Below, in pieces: positions 1 through 12,080 of a stretch of 64,000 nt of DNA (positions are counted from its first letter, which is position 1; each line of letters opens with the position of its first letter). Below the pieces are notes generated by a model. It searched no databases and was not told the origin of the DNA. It saw nothing but the letters and a program-made list of their open reading frames with translations. The position numbers were made by a program, and so were the translations under genes. Origin of the DNA: the human T2T-CHM13v2.0 reference genome, Homo sapiens; the NCBI RefSeq assembly GCF_009914755.1, contig NC_060928.1; one strand, given 5' to 3'.

Positions 1-1006
1 TCCTCCCAGGCCCTCTTCTTGTTTACTTATACCCAGCCCCAAAAATAACAGTGAAAGTTTGCTCATAGATACTCAACGTTTTCTCATACACCATGAAAAA
101 TGAACCTCACCCTCTATGCAGTTACCCCATCAGTCCCCATTACAATCTCTGACAGCTGCTGCCTTAGCTGGATCCCTAGGAGTCTGGGTACAAGACACCC
201 CTTTCAGCACTCCTTCTCATCTTTTTACTTTACATCTCCAGTTTTGCCTCACACAAGGTCTGTTCTTCCTCTGTGGATCCTCTACCTACATGTGTCTACC
301 TGCTAATTGGACAGGCACATGCACACTAGTCTTCCTTACCCCCAAAATTCAATTTGCAATTGGGACCAAAGAGCTCCCTGTTCCCCTCATGACAGTGACA
401 CGACAAAAAAGAGTTATTCCACTAATTCCCTTGCTGGTCGGTTTAGGACTTTCTGCCTCCACTATTGCTCTCGGTACTGGAATAGCAGGCATTTCAACCT
501 CTGTCACGACCTTCCATAGCCTCTCTAATGACTTCTCTGCTAGCATCACAGACATATCACAAACTTTATCAGTCCTCCAGGCCCAAGTTGACTCTTTAGC
601 TGCAGTTGTCCTCCAAAACCGCCGAGGCCTTGACTTACTTACTGCTTAAAGAGGAGGACTCTGCATATTCTTAAATGAGGAGTGTTGTTTTTACCTAAAT
701 CAATCTGGCCTGGTGTATGACAACATAAAAAAATTCAAGGATAGAGCCCAAAAACTTACCAACCAAGCAAGTAATTTCACTGAACCCCCTTGGGCACTCC
801 CTAATTGGGTGTCCTGGGTCCTCCCAATTCTTAGTCCTTTAATACCCATTTTTCTCCTCCTTTTATTCAGACCTTGTATCTTCTGTTTAGCTTCTCAATT
901 CATCCAAAACCATATCCAGGCCATCACCAATCATTCTATACGACAAATGTTTCTTCTAACATCCCCACAATATCACCCCTTACCACAAGACCTCCCTTCA
1001 ACTTAA
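1..1006 (+). pseudogene. env: HERV-H env remnant (C-terminal SU and complete TM), with two in-frame stop codons
   Basis: A single frame runs from position 2 to 1006 (ORFs 116..649 and 713..1006 are in the same frame). It contains the furin site RQKR, the fusion peptide VIPLIPLLVGLGLSAS, the ISD LQNRRGLDLLTA, CX6CC (CIFLNEECC), a transmembrane helix and the HERV-H env tail QYHPLPQDLP. Stops: TGA 101-103 and TAA 647-649. Confidence 0.93.
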
Positions 1007-1154
1007 TCTCTCCCACTCTAGGTTCCCACGCCGTCCCAATCCTGCTTGAAGCAGCCCTGAGAAACATCGCCCATTCTCTCTCCATACCAACCCCCAAAAA
1101 TTTTCGCCGCTCCAACGCTTCAATGCTATTTTGTTTTATTTGTCTTATTAATAT

Positions 1155-1167
1155 AAGAAGGCAGGAA
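1155..1167 (+). other. HERV-H polypurine tract
   Basis: AAGAAGGCAGGAA lies immediately before the TGTCAGG start of the LTR. Confidence 0.85.
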
Positions 1168-1637
1168 TGTCAGGCCTCTGAGCCCAGGCCAGGCCATCGC
1201 ATCCTGTGACTTGCACGTATACATCCAGATGGCCTGAAGTAACTGAAGATCCACAAAAGAAGTAAAAACAGCCTTAACTGATGACATTCCACGACTGTGA
1301 TTTGTTCCTGCCCCACCCTAACTGATCAATGTACTTTGTAATCTCCCCCACCCTTAAGAAGGGACTTTGTAGTCTCCCCCACCCTTAAGAAGGTTCTTTG
1401 TAATTCTCCCCACCCTTGAGAATGTACTTCGTGAGATCCACCCCTGCCCACCAGAGAACAACCCCCTTTGACTGTAATTTTCCATTACCTTCCCAAATCC
1501 TATAAAATGGCCCCACCCCTATCTCCCTTCGCTGACTGTCTTTTCGGACTCAGCCCACCTGCACCCAGGTGAAATAAACAGCTTTGTTGCTCACACAAAG
1601 CCTGTTTGGTGGTCTCTTCACACGGATGCGTATGAAA
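1168..1637 (+). mobile_element. HERV-H 3' LTR, LTR7 family, LTR7Y (type Ia)-like
   Basis: 470 bp, TGTCAGGCCTCTGAGCCCAGGCCAGGCC...TCTCTTCACACGGATGCGTATGAAA. Tandem ~32-bp U3 repeats (CTTTGTAATCTCCCCCACCCTTAAGAA), TATAAAA at 1501-1507 and AATAAA at 1573-1578. Confidence 0.92.
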
Positions 1638-1662
1638 GGGCCCAAGATGTTTTCCTTTCACA
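1638..1662 (-). mobile_element. First 25 bp of the MER4-group 3' LTR, cut by the HERV-H insertion
   Basis: The reverse complement TGTGAAAGGAAAACATCTTGGGCCC matches the start of the intact LTR at 8369 (TGTGAAAGGAAAATATATAGGTCCC). It is preceded on the minus strand by the purine-rich AAAAAATAAAGGGTGAAA. Confidence 0.75.
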
Positions 1663-4600
1663 TTTCACCCTTTATTTTTTAAAATCTTCTGGAGAAAGAA
1701 TTTTAGAAGAAAATGAGTATTTGGACCCAGGTTTCATCTGATCTCTTATGGTTAGGATGGTTTATTCCTAGACAGGTAAGTCCCAAGTTATTAGGAAGGC
1801 TCATTTTTAGAAGGTTGTGAAGTCTCATGCCTTATGAAGAGAAAATAGGAGGAAGAAAGGAGAAAAAACAACAAGAAACAAAAGAAAAATCCTAGAAAAG
1901 TGATATAGGCCACATTACTTTGAAGTTCACATATCAATATGCAGGTATGAAAGTGGCTTGTGTGTGTAAATAGTTTGCTGTTATATCCTTCTGAAGTTTA
2001 AGTTGTCTAGCTTCAGTTCACAGGGATTTACAAAAGTACAGCTTAATTTTCAATTATGTAAAATCAGAAAAAATGGGGGGAAGGAAAAGAAAGAAGAAAA
2101 AACATTTTTTATACTTTGTAAATTATATATATAATTTTAGAGACCTGTAGCCAGGATAAATTAGAATTCAGCCCAAACTGTAGAAAGTAATAAAAATTGG
2201 AAAACATTAGGCAAGAATAAAGTCTGACAACAGGTATACTATAGTTTTTGAAACAATTTTTCTCTCTCCATTTTTCCATTTTTACTGAAGACAAATCATG
2301 GTAGGACTGATTTGCTTTATTATACTTTGCCAGATTATTTATATAAAGTTCCGCAAGATAATAATTTTTCACATAGGCTTTTAAAATTGGCCTTGATGGA
2401 ACTTTGTTCTGTAGAAGAACTCTCAGATAAGACTTTTTTAAAGCCCAGCCCAGCCATGGATTTGTGCCATCAAATACCTATGAGTTGGAAGGATTTCCTC
2501 TCCTCTTGAGGTTCCAAGATAAACCTGGGGCTCCTGGACCTGTCAGAAAGTGACAATCTTTACCTACCACGGGTCAGAAACTCTGTATAGGAATTGTGTA
2601 AACTATGTGGCCAGTTTTCCCAAATGATTTATTGGCTCCATAAGTGAAGTTTGATTCCTAAAGGAAAGCACACCAATCCAGTAAAAGCCTTAGTAAAATA
2701 ACCAGTTTCTCCAACTGTGTCCTGTTACAAATGAAAACAGATTCTTATTGCACTTATGCAAATAACTGTATTGCTGTAAGTTAAGAATACTCACAAATAG
2801 TTTCCAAATTCTGAAAAAAATCAGATAAAGAGAAATAAATATGCTCCAAATTTTGTTCATAGGAGTATACTAAATTGTTAAAAAGCTGTCAGTAGCTCAA
2901 AAGAAAAGTTTCAAGACCCTGAAAAACAAAACAAAGGATCAGCAATGGTTTACACAAAAAGTCAAAAAGATTAGTTCAGACCATGCAGTTAATTCCTGTT
3001 CTGCTTGATATTTATGACCATTTTAGCTCTAATGAGTCCTGAAAGTTTTTCCTCTATTCTGATGTCACAATCTCCAAAGTTATGAGAAACCTGCATTCAA
3101 GAGCACCTGTTAGAGTTTTATGGCTGATTATAAAACCACCTTCTAAAGAGGACCAAAACAACACAACTATTGTCCATGGAAGAAAAAGGTCAAAGACACA
3201 ATTGATAAAGGAAATTTTTTTATGTCTGTGGCAGACAAATATTTTAACACATCAATTATGATTATTACTGATAACGTATATTAAGTCATGTCAGAATTAC
3301 AGGAGTTTTTCATAATTTTGGAACACATATCAATAACATATTTATACAAATATAGCTCAAAGAAAACCAAACACCATTTTATATTTGACAGTGCTTCCTA
3401 TATCATTTTTATGTCAAATAAGCCAAATTGTGTCATTTTTGGGGCTTTAGAGAACCTAATATCTCAAAGGATTAATTAGGTCAGAAAAAGACATAATTCA
3501 TAATTTGATTTTTGAAAGTTTGTCAAATATCAAAGGTTTAAAAGACTCGATATCACAAAATAGGATCACCAGTCATTGTAAAATATGTCATTCATTTAAC
3601 CAAAGTGATAACTCAAGGATTTCAAAAACAAGTGAGAACCTTCATTCTTTGAGATAGAAGACTAATTTTCCCAACAATATGCCCTAATAAAAACAGCATA
3701 AAGTCAATTAAATTTGTTTTTCAAAATATTATAAACAATCTATAAGATTTTAATATTGATCATAAAATATAACTTCCATAAGCCTTTTTTTATAAACTTT
3801 ATACCTTTATTAAGGAGTTGATTAATGCTTCAAGAAAAACTTATTATTCTGACACAGGGATGCATATGTTGGTCTTGCATCAGTGTCACTTTGACACTAA
3901 TGATTAATTTATAAAGAAACTAAACTTACTTTATCTTTCAAAATTGGCCCTTACAATCTCATGCACCCACCACTTCCACGATAGTCTCTGGACCTTGAGG
4001 AGTTCAATAGCTTTAATTTATTGCCCTGTGTCTCAGGAATGCAGTTTATTTTGATTGGCATCTTCTATGGAGCCTGAAGATGAGGCTTTAATTAATGTCA
4101 GTGTTTAAGATTTACCAGGGCTTTGTATCCTTTTTAGACCCAGGAGTCAAAGCCCTGTAACTAAATGCCACAAAGACTTTAAAAGCAAATACAGAGAGAT
4201 ACACGGATGTAATAACATTTATTTTAAAAAAATAAATAAATCTCAGTTTTTTCCTAAGCAAACCAAAATTAATAATGGCATAAGAATTATTTCATAAAAT
4301 GTAAAATCGGTTAGGCCAGTTACCAAAAGGCAAAAGAAAAAGACTTTCTGCAGTGCACCAAATATTAAATTGGAAGAAAACATTTCCTTTAGACTTTAAG
4401 AAAACAAGCTTTTAAAAGGGGAGAGAAAGTCAAAAAAAGGCAAGATGCAATGAAAGTTGAACTTTGGCTAACAGAAATTGAAATATCTCATAATTTATTA
4501 AGAATAAATCAACCCCTTAAGAAAATGTCATTGTTCTAACCAATAATTTAGTGTATAAGTGTGTTTTCTTTACATCAAGCCCAATCTCTGGAAAGAGCAT

Positions 4601-4910
4601 TGTAATTTCCTTTAATTATAAACAACTTGATCATTTAGAAGTTTTTTTTTAAATAAATAAATCCCCTTCTTGTGATTTACACAGATCCTTCATGACATAT
4701 TTGAATTTGTAGTGTGTCCTGAACATCATTTTTTCTTAAACAACCAGTTATTTTATTTTAGGACTAAATTTACCATACAAGATTCCTTCTCTTATGAAAT
4801 TATTTCTCTTCAAGTTTTCTTACCACACACACACACACAAACTGTTTATTTTTATAACCTTCTTTACATCTCTCTTATTTCCTGGTTCCTTTACCTTGCT
4901 TTATACATAA

Positions 4911-5278
<368 letters not shown>

Positions 5279-7901
5279 TAAGCAAGAATGTTTTCCTACA
5301 ATATATTTTTATTGGAAAATATCCAAATGATGAAATATCTATTATTTAATATAAATTTATATTCTAAATTGTGACTTTTGTCTACAAGTATTTATCCAAT
5401 TACATTTACCTAATTATTTTATTTTAATTGCTTACCTAGATTATTTATGAAAACTGAAATAGGCATCATTTAAAGTTATGGAACCACCATTAATCTAGTA
5501 AATTAATTAGAGCTCTTTATATATTTTTAACAGTGAAACATGGTGTACACAACACATAAATACATAGATATATTAGGTATGCCAATAGCAGTACATCTTA
5601 TAGATTCCTAAGACCTCCTTTTTTTTTTTTTCCTCTCTTAGACTTGCAGACTCTTGATAACCTGCTTCCTTACTGCAGCAGTTGTCAGCTAAATAGCCCT
5701 AAATCTGCATATTAGAGGAAACAACTCAGGTGAAAATCAGATAGAAAAATTTACATTATAAGGTACGAAGAGAAAGTCTGGTGAGCTAGAGGGAAATTAA
5801 AACAGATATAATTGCCAATTGAACATAAAATTGTAGAAGTCTATTATAAAGGCCTTTAAATATATATATACACACACATACACATACACACATACAGACA
5901 CACAAAGATTCTATAGCTTTTAGTTCAGTACTTTAGCCATGAGATAAATACAAATTCACAAGTTTGGAAAAAAATAAAACCTGTTAGATCCAAACAGTGG
6001 TTTTTTATCTTAATAGAAAAGTAACAGCAGATTTAAAGTAGGTGGAAAAGAAAATAGAGGAAAAGGGGACCTAGGAACATTACAGTTTGCAGGTCAACCT
6101 TAGGGTTCTCTTTCCTTAACGTAAATGTGCAAAAAGACCACATGACTTCCATTTTACTCTGGCAAGTAGAGATGCCACAAAACCCACAGAGTGCTTGAAA
6201 GGGGGTCGTTCTCCTTGTTTTCACCTCATTCTTAGATTATTTGTTTCCCACTGTTTTTTTGTTTGTTTGTTTTTTGGGGGGTCTTTTTTGGTTAAAAAAG
6301 AGGAACTGAGCTGTGGCACAGGGTTTTTATGCAGTGGATCAATATGTGCTGCTTGTGGGCAGGACTCCACAGAGTGTCAGCACTGAGTCATTTCCGCCCT
6401 CTTACGTATCTCAGTTTCTCTCTCCAGAGGTCTATGACTGCTGAGAGGGCTCAAAAGCACTGGGTGATCAGCCTTTATATGCATTTTCTGGATGAACCAT
6501 ATTTAAAATTAATTTTAGGTGGGGATTTCCCTGCAGGACCACTGCATGTTGTGGGGGCTCAACATCCCAGACACTCCCATGAGGCCCCCGGTTACCCAGG
6601 GCACATTTTAGCTGGGAGGAGCAAATGTTCTTTCTCTTTGAAGCTGAGAAAACTCAGTTTTTCATTAGCATAAAAAAACAATCAATTCCTCATTCAAATG
6701 CACATAGACAAACCAAATTAAGATGAATTTTGGGAGAAGACCCTTTAGAATGCATCTACCAACTAGAATTAAGATCCTTAAACAACAACTTACTGGGAGA
6801 GAAAAGAATGAAACACAAAACAAAATAAAAAAAAAACAGCCAAGACCACTTCCTGCAAACTGTGCTCAGCCACTCATAACTTTGTAGCTCTCATTCGCCA
6901 TTATACATGCCAATGTCAAATCCTCTCACAATGCAAAGTCATCTCTGGTACCCCAAAGCCAAAAAGGTCAGGTCATGTAACACAGAAAAACAGAGATTTA
7001 GACTTAAAAAGAATCTGCCCATGACTCTTGAAACTCCACAAAGAAAACAGAATATCCCAAAATGGGGTGAGTGGCACCTTTGTTCTGAATTATTTAAAGG
7101 GGTTCAAGTCATTAAAAGCTTCTCTAAATTTTTTGATACCGCAGATGACAAAGGAGCAAGGAAATATAGGATGGAAGAGAAGTAAATGAAAGAACAATTT
7201 TTAAGACAGGAAGAAAACACAGAAACCAAAAACATGGTTTTTCCCTTTCTCTTTTTTTTTTTTCTTCTGCAGCTATGAGGAATTTTAGCCAAATTACAGA
7301 GGCCTTGTTACCCATAATTTGGAATTCTCACTCAGATTTGGCCAAGTCGGGTAGAGTAGGTCAAATCCAATGGGAGAAAGACGAGAACAAACAACAAAGA
7401 AAACGCAACAATACTGTCACTGAGTGCTCTAATGGCAAGGAGAAATTAAGATCAGCTGGTTGTTAATCTTAACCTTAGCCAAGACAAAATTCAACTCAGT
7501 TACTTACCTAAGGATGGGTCTCAGGCTAAAGGCTGCTCTCTACCATCCTAGAAGCAGGGAAGGAAAAAAAACAAAACAAAACTCATCTTCCCAGTTGGAA
7601 ATGAACTCAAACTCCATAAAGGAGTTTATTATGGAGTTCCATACCCGCCTTCCTTCATCACAGAAGCAGGAAAAAACTTGCCTTTCTTGTGTTGGAAACA
7701 AGTAAAACTCTAAACAAAAGAGGAGTTGTACAGCAAAATAAACTTTAGATCATGTCCAAGTTTTGGGAGATCAGGGATTCTCTGGAGGAGGTGCTCTCAG
7801 ACCTCAGTAAACTGTCCTATTGGTTTGAGCCATAAAGTTAGCTCATGATGGTAGCAAGCACTGATAGGAGATTTGTTAAAGGTCAGGGGCATCTCCACTC
7901 A

Positions 7902-7921
7902 GAATCCCTTCATGGTTACCA
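7902..7921 (-). other. Primer-binding site, tRNA-Arg type
   Basis: The plus strand reads GAATCCCTTCATGGTTACCA, matching the tRNA-Arg(TCG) 3' end GAATCCCTTCGTGGTTACCA with one CpG transition, directly next to the LTR end. Confidence 0.75.
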
Positions 7922-7923
7922 AA

Positions 7924-8369
7924 TGCAAAACCCCCAAAAATTGAAACAGGTCTCAGTTAATTTAGAAAGTTTATTTGCCAAGATTGAGATGCACACCCAT
8001 GACAAAGCCACAGGAGGTCCTGACAACATGCGCCCAAGGTGGTCAGAGCACAACTTGATTTTATATATTTTAGGGAGACATAAGACATCAATCAATACAT
8101 GTAAAATGAACATTGGTTTAGTCTGGAAAGGCAGGACAACTCAAAGCAGGGAGGGGATTCCAGGTCACAGGTAGGTGAGAGACAAATGGTTGCATTCTTT
8201 TGAGGTTCTGATGAGCCTTTCAAAAGGAGACAATCATATATGCAGTGATCCCAGTGAGCAGATCGATGGCTTTGAATAGAATGGGACGCAGGTTTGCCCT
8301 AAGCAGTTCCCAGCTTAAATTTTCCTTTTAGCTTAGTGATTTTAGGGACCTATATATTTTCCTTTCACA
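7924..8369 (-). mobile_element. MER4A-like 5' LTR
   Basis: The reverse complement begins TGTGAAAGGAAAATATATAGGTCCCTAAAATCACTAAGCTAAAAGGAAAATTTAAGCTGGGAACTGC and ends AATAAACTTTCTAAATTAACTGAGACCTG...CA; ~446 bp. Confidence 0.87.
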
Positions 8370-8691
8370 CCCAAGGCTGGTTAATTTATAAAGAAAAGAG
8401 GTTTAATTGACTCACAGTTCAGCATGACTGCGGAGGCCCCCAGTCATGGCAGAAAGTGAAGGAGGAACAAAGTCATGTCTTACATGGTGGCAGGCAAGAG
8501 AGTGTCTGCAGGGGAACTGCCCTTTATAAAACCATCATGTTTCATGAGACTTACAATCACAAGAACATCACGGGAAAAACCCACCCCCATGATTCAATTA
8601 CCGCCCACCAGTTCCCTCTCACAACATGTGGGAATTATGGTAGTTACAATTCAATATGAAATTTGGGTGGGGACACAGCCAAACCATGTCA
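8370..8691 (-). mobile_element. THE1-type MaLR LTR, truncated by the MER4 provirus
   Basis: AATTTATAAAGAAAAGAGGTTTAATTGACTCACAGTTC...GGGTGGGGACACAGCCAAACCATGTCA. The terminal ~40 bp (TGTATTAGTC...) seen in the other MaLR LTRs of this window is missing. Confidence 0.88.
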
Positions 8692-8829
8692 AATATATGT
8701 AATTTTTTATTAAATCAATATTTGTGTTTTTATTATCAATGATAAATATTTTTTTACAGTTCAGATCCAGAGTGTTATAATTATATTTATTTTAAAGATA
8801 TTTCTCTTTATTTATTTTTAAAAGATTGT

Positions 8830-8904
8830 TATGCTTTTTTATTGTACAAAGTTTTGGGGTACATGTGATAATTTAATACATTCATATATTTATAGAGATC
8901 AAAC
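8830..8904 (-). mobile_element. L1MA-type 3' end (left half; target of the Harlequin insertion)
   Basis: TTTTGGGGTACATGTGATAATTTAATACATTCATAT...GATCAAAC continues without a break at 16999. Confidence 0.65.
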
Positions 8905-9371
8905 TGTAGCAGGACGAGCTGCAGACAAAAGCCCTCAGACACCGAGTTAAAGAAGGAAGGGCTTTATTCGGTCAGGAGCATTGGCAAGACTCACATCTCA
9001 AAAACTGAGCTCCCTGAGTGAGCAATTCCTGTCCCTCCTAAGGGCTTACAACTCCAAGGGGGTCTGCATGAGAGGGTCGTGATCGATTGAGCAAGTAGGG
9101 GGTACATGACTGGCTGATGCATGCACCAGTAATTAGAACAGAACAGAACAGAACAGAACAGAGATTTTCACAGTGCTTTTCCATATAATGTCTGTAATCT
9201 ATAGATAACATAACTGATTAGGTCAGGGGTTGATCTTTAACTACCAGGCCCAGGGTGTGGTGCCGGGCTGTCTGCCTGTGGATTTTATTTCTGCCTTTTA
9301 GTTTTTATTTCTTCTTTCTTTGGAGGCAGAAATTAGGCATAAGACAATATGAGGGGTGGTCTCCTCCTTTA
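8905..9371 (-). mobile_element. LTR2 (3' LTR)
   Basis: Reverse complement TAAAGGAGGAGACCACCCCTCATATTGTCTTATGCC...CTCGTCCTGCTACA; direct repeat of 16537..16998. Confidence 0.93.
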
Positions 9372-9397
9372 TTCCCCCTCTTTGAGAACTTCACTCA

Positions 9398-11449
9398 TTA
9401 GTGGGAGTTCTCACTTTCATTCTCACTACCCATGTCTTCTTGCAAGACAGATTGATAGTGATTCATATAGTACACTTGTGCTAAAGCATTTTGGTGAACT
9501 AAGGTAGCAATGAAGCTTTCTATCAATTGAGGAAGTACAGGTAGCAAACAAGGGAGCAGTAAGCAGGTTCCTATTATGATTATGACTCCTATTATAAAAG
9601 TTTTAAATCCTCCTAGTGCTGGGAACCATTTTCCAAACATGGGCCCAGGTTCAAATCCATGCCACATTTGCACAGGCACATGTGCCAGTTTTGTCATATC
9701 TTTAACTATGTCTTCAACTACTTGCCCTTGATCAACTATGTGTAGACAGCAATTAGTAAGGTTAAATTTCCTACAGACCCCTCCTTCAGCTGCTAGCAAG
9801 TAGTTGAGAGCCAATCTATTTTGATAGATAGCATTTCTTGTCTGAGTTTCTTGCTGGGCCAGAATAGTCAAGGCTTTGCCAGTCTTATTAGTGATTATTT
9901 CTAAGACAGCTTGTAACTGTATGATTCAGTTGAGCATGTAAATGGGGGTGCAGTATCCCCATGAGCCATCTTGTGCCCAAGTACCAGGCCCATAATATTG
10001 TATGATTCTTTCAGAGGGCCATTCATCATCTTTCCAATTTCCTATAGCTATGCTTCTCTTTTCACAGGAAGCACAGACAGGGAAGCCCAGGAGTTCACCT
10101 GTCTCTATGGGCAGTAGGAAGAAAGACGGTTTAATAGTACCAATAACACAACTACCTGCCCACTGGTCAGGTAATCTGGTGTAAGCTCTATGCCCACATA
10201 TCCAGTATAATCCAGTGGGGGCTGTCCAGTCCCAGTGGGACTCTGAGTGCGTCCACATGATTTGCAACTTTGGGAATTTACTAAATGGATTTTTCTTAGT
10301 GTGGTTTGAACTCCACTAGGTGGCTGTTTTTGTGGTACTATTATACAGTTTTTGCCCAAGGCAGCTGAATCTTCTCACAGGAAGGGTGAAGTCCTTCCCC
10401 ACTCTTGCTATACAATATTGTCTAATGATTGAGGCTTTTAGGACCCAGAAGTTATCAGGGTGATTCTTTTGAGCTTGGAATTCATCAGGAACTGGGTCTG
10501 TAGGTACTAATTCTCAGGCTTCCCATGGCCATTGATCTCCCATTACAGTTCCTCCACATACATAACATGAGGTGACATTGAGAGACTGAGCTACATGTTC
10601 ACCTTAAAACAAATTTCTTGTTTTTCCTGGAATTTCTGGTACAGGCACATTCAGTTCATCATAGAAGATTTGAAATACTGGTTCAGGAGAGTGTTTATAA
10701 ACTTCTCAAACCACAATATTTACTTGAGGATCCATTCCAGCCCCAATGATTCCTAGGGTTACACGCTCCCCTTTTTTTCCAGTGAGGATCAAGGGGGTTG
10801 GTTATTACTAGTTCTAAGGGGTTACACTGACCACTGGTACCAGAAGGGCCACTTTTCACTTTCTGAAGGTGGACAGGATCCTTTTCATTTTTTATTGAAG
10901 TAGCCTAAATGACAAAAGACCAGTATCCACATTGATTTCCACACAGTCCTAATTCATGACAAATGTACTTATTTTCTGCCATATAACCTCTTTCCTAATT
11001 AAGAGAACCACATCCTATTCCTAACTTATTACTATTAATGACAGCACAGGGATCAAACTTCAAGGTGACTTGTTTGGGCACACCTTTTTCTCTTGTTTTG
11101 GCTAACACTTTACTCATATTGTTTATGAGCCCCCACCAGTCCTCAGTCCTTAATCTTATTTCAAAAACTGTGGTCATGGGAGGTTCAGATGGGTCATAAC
11201 ACACATCGGGTTGGTCATTTCCTGGGCTACATACCTTGTATAGAATAGCATTATACAAACAAGTTCTTTTTAGAGTCCCGGTACACTTATAATAACCATA
11301 AAATAATAGGACTGCAGCAATTTTTTGTCCTACCTCAGTGACTTGATGTATACACTGGGAACAGTCCTCAGTCTGAGGAAGGTCAGTTGACGTCCTTATT
11401 GTACAGTTCAAATTTTAAGGAAAACGAGTCCCGTGATGAGTTTTCTCAT
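9398..11449 (-). pseudogene. env: HERV-E (clone 4-1-like) env remnant, frameshifted and with stops
   Basis: ATG at 11449 (MRKLITGLVFLK). Fragments STDLPQTEDCSQCIHQVTEVGQ (10995..11411), GLYWICGHRAY...CEKRSIAIGNWKDDEWPSERIIQYYGP (9926..10267), and [21 protein letters not shown] with CX6CC and a TM helix (9398..9871). Confidence 0.9.
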
Positions 11450-12080
11450 GCTTTGGCCATGTGTGGACCAGTCAGGTTCCGGGTGTGACCAGAGCAGGGC
11501 TTGTCATCTTCAGAGTCACAATGCAGGGGTTGGCAAAGCTGCTCCCGCCCACATACAGCTCACAGTCTACTGATGTTCAAGGATGGTCTTGAAGGTTGGG
11601 CCCACTAGAATAAACTGAGTCCAATACCTCTACACAGTTATGTTCAACTGGGCTCTCTGATACCGGGAGCAAGGCGGCAGGGTTTAGGGTGTTGCAAACT
11701 TCACACATAGCAAGCTTTGGTACTTGGTTAATCTAGCATTTGTTAACCAATGATGTCCTTCGGTATTCATCAAAGTTACCATAGCATGGGGGGCTTTTAT
11801 ATTTAGGTTTTGCCCAAGGGCTAGTTTATCTGCTTCTTATGCTAACAGGGCCATTGCTGCCAGGGCCCTTAGACATGGGGGCCAGACTTTGGAAACCCCA
11901 TCTAGTTGTTTTGAGAGATAGGCCACTGGCCTTGGCCAGGGCCCCACAGTCTGGGTTAAAACTCTAACTGCCATTTTTTTTCTTTTTGACACATAGAGTG
12001 TAAAGGGTTTTTTCAGGTCAGGTAGTCCCAGGGCTGGGGCCGACATGAGTTTTTCTTTTAACTTATGAAAAGCTTGTTGC
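11450..12080 (-). pseudogene. pol: Deleted HERV-E pol remnant (RT connection region plus 3' end)
   Basis: [31 protein letters not shown]...[25 protein letters not shown] in ORF 11837..12136 is the gammaretroviral RT thumb/connection motif. Confidence 0.82.

Noticed and set aside
1330-1440. Regularly spaced ~32-bp repeats, superficially array- or CRISPR-like
   Set aside because: These are head-to-tail LTR7 U3 repeats with no unique spacers, in primate DNA with no cas genes.
7902-7921. tRNA-like 3' ends with CCA (also 16514-16531 and 61647-61665)
   Set aside because: Only 18-20 nt long and adjacent to LTRs, so they are primer-binding sites rather than tRNA genes.
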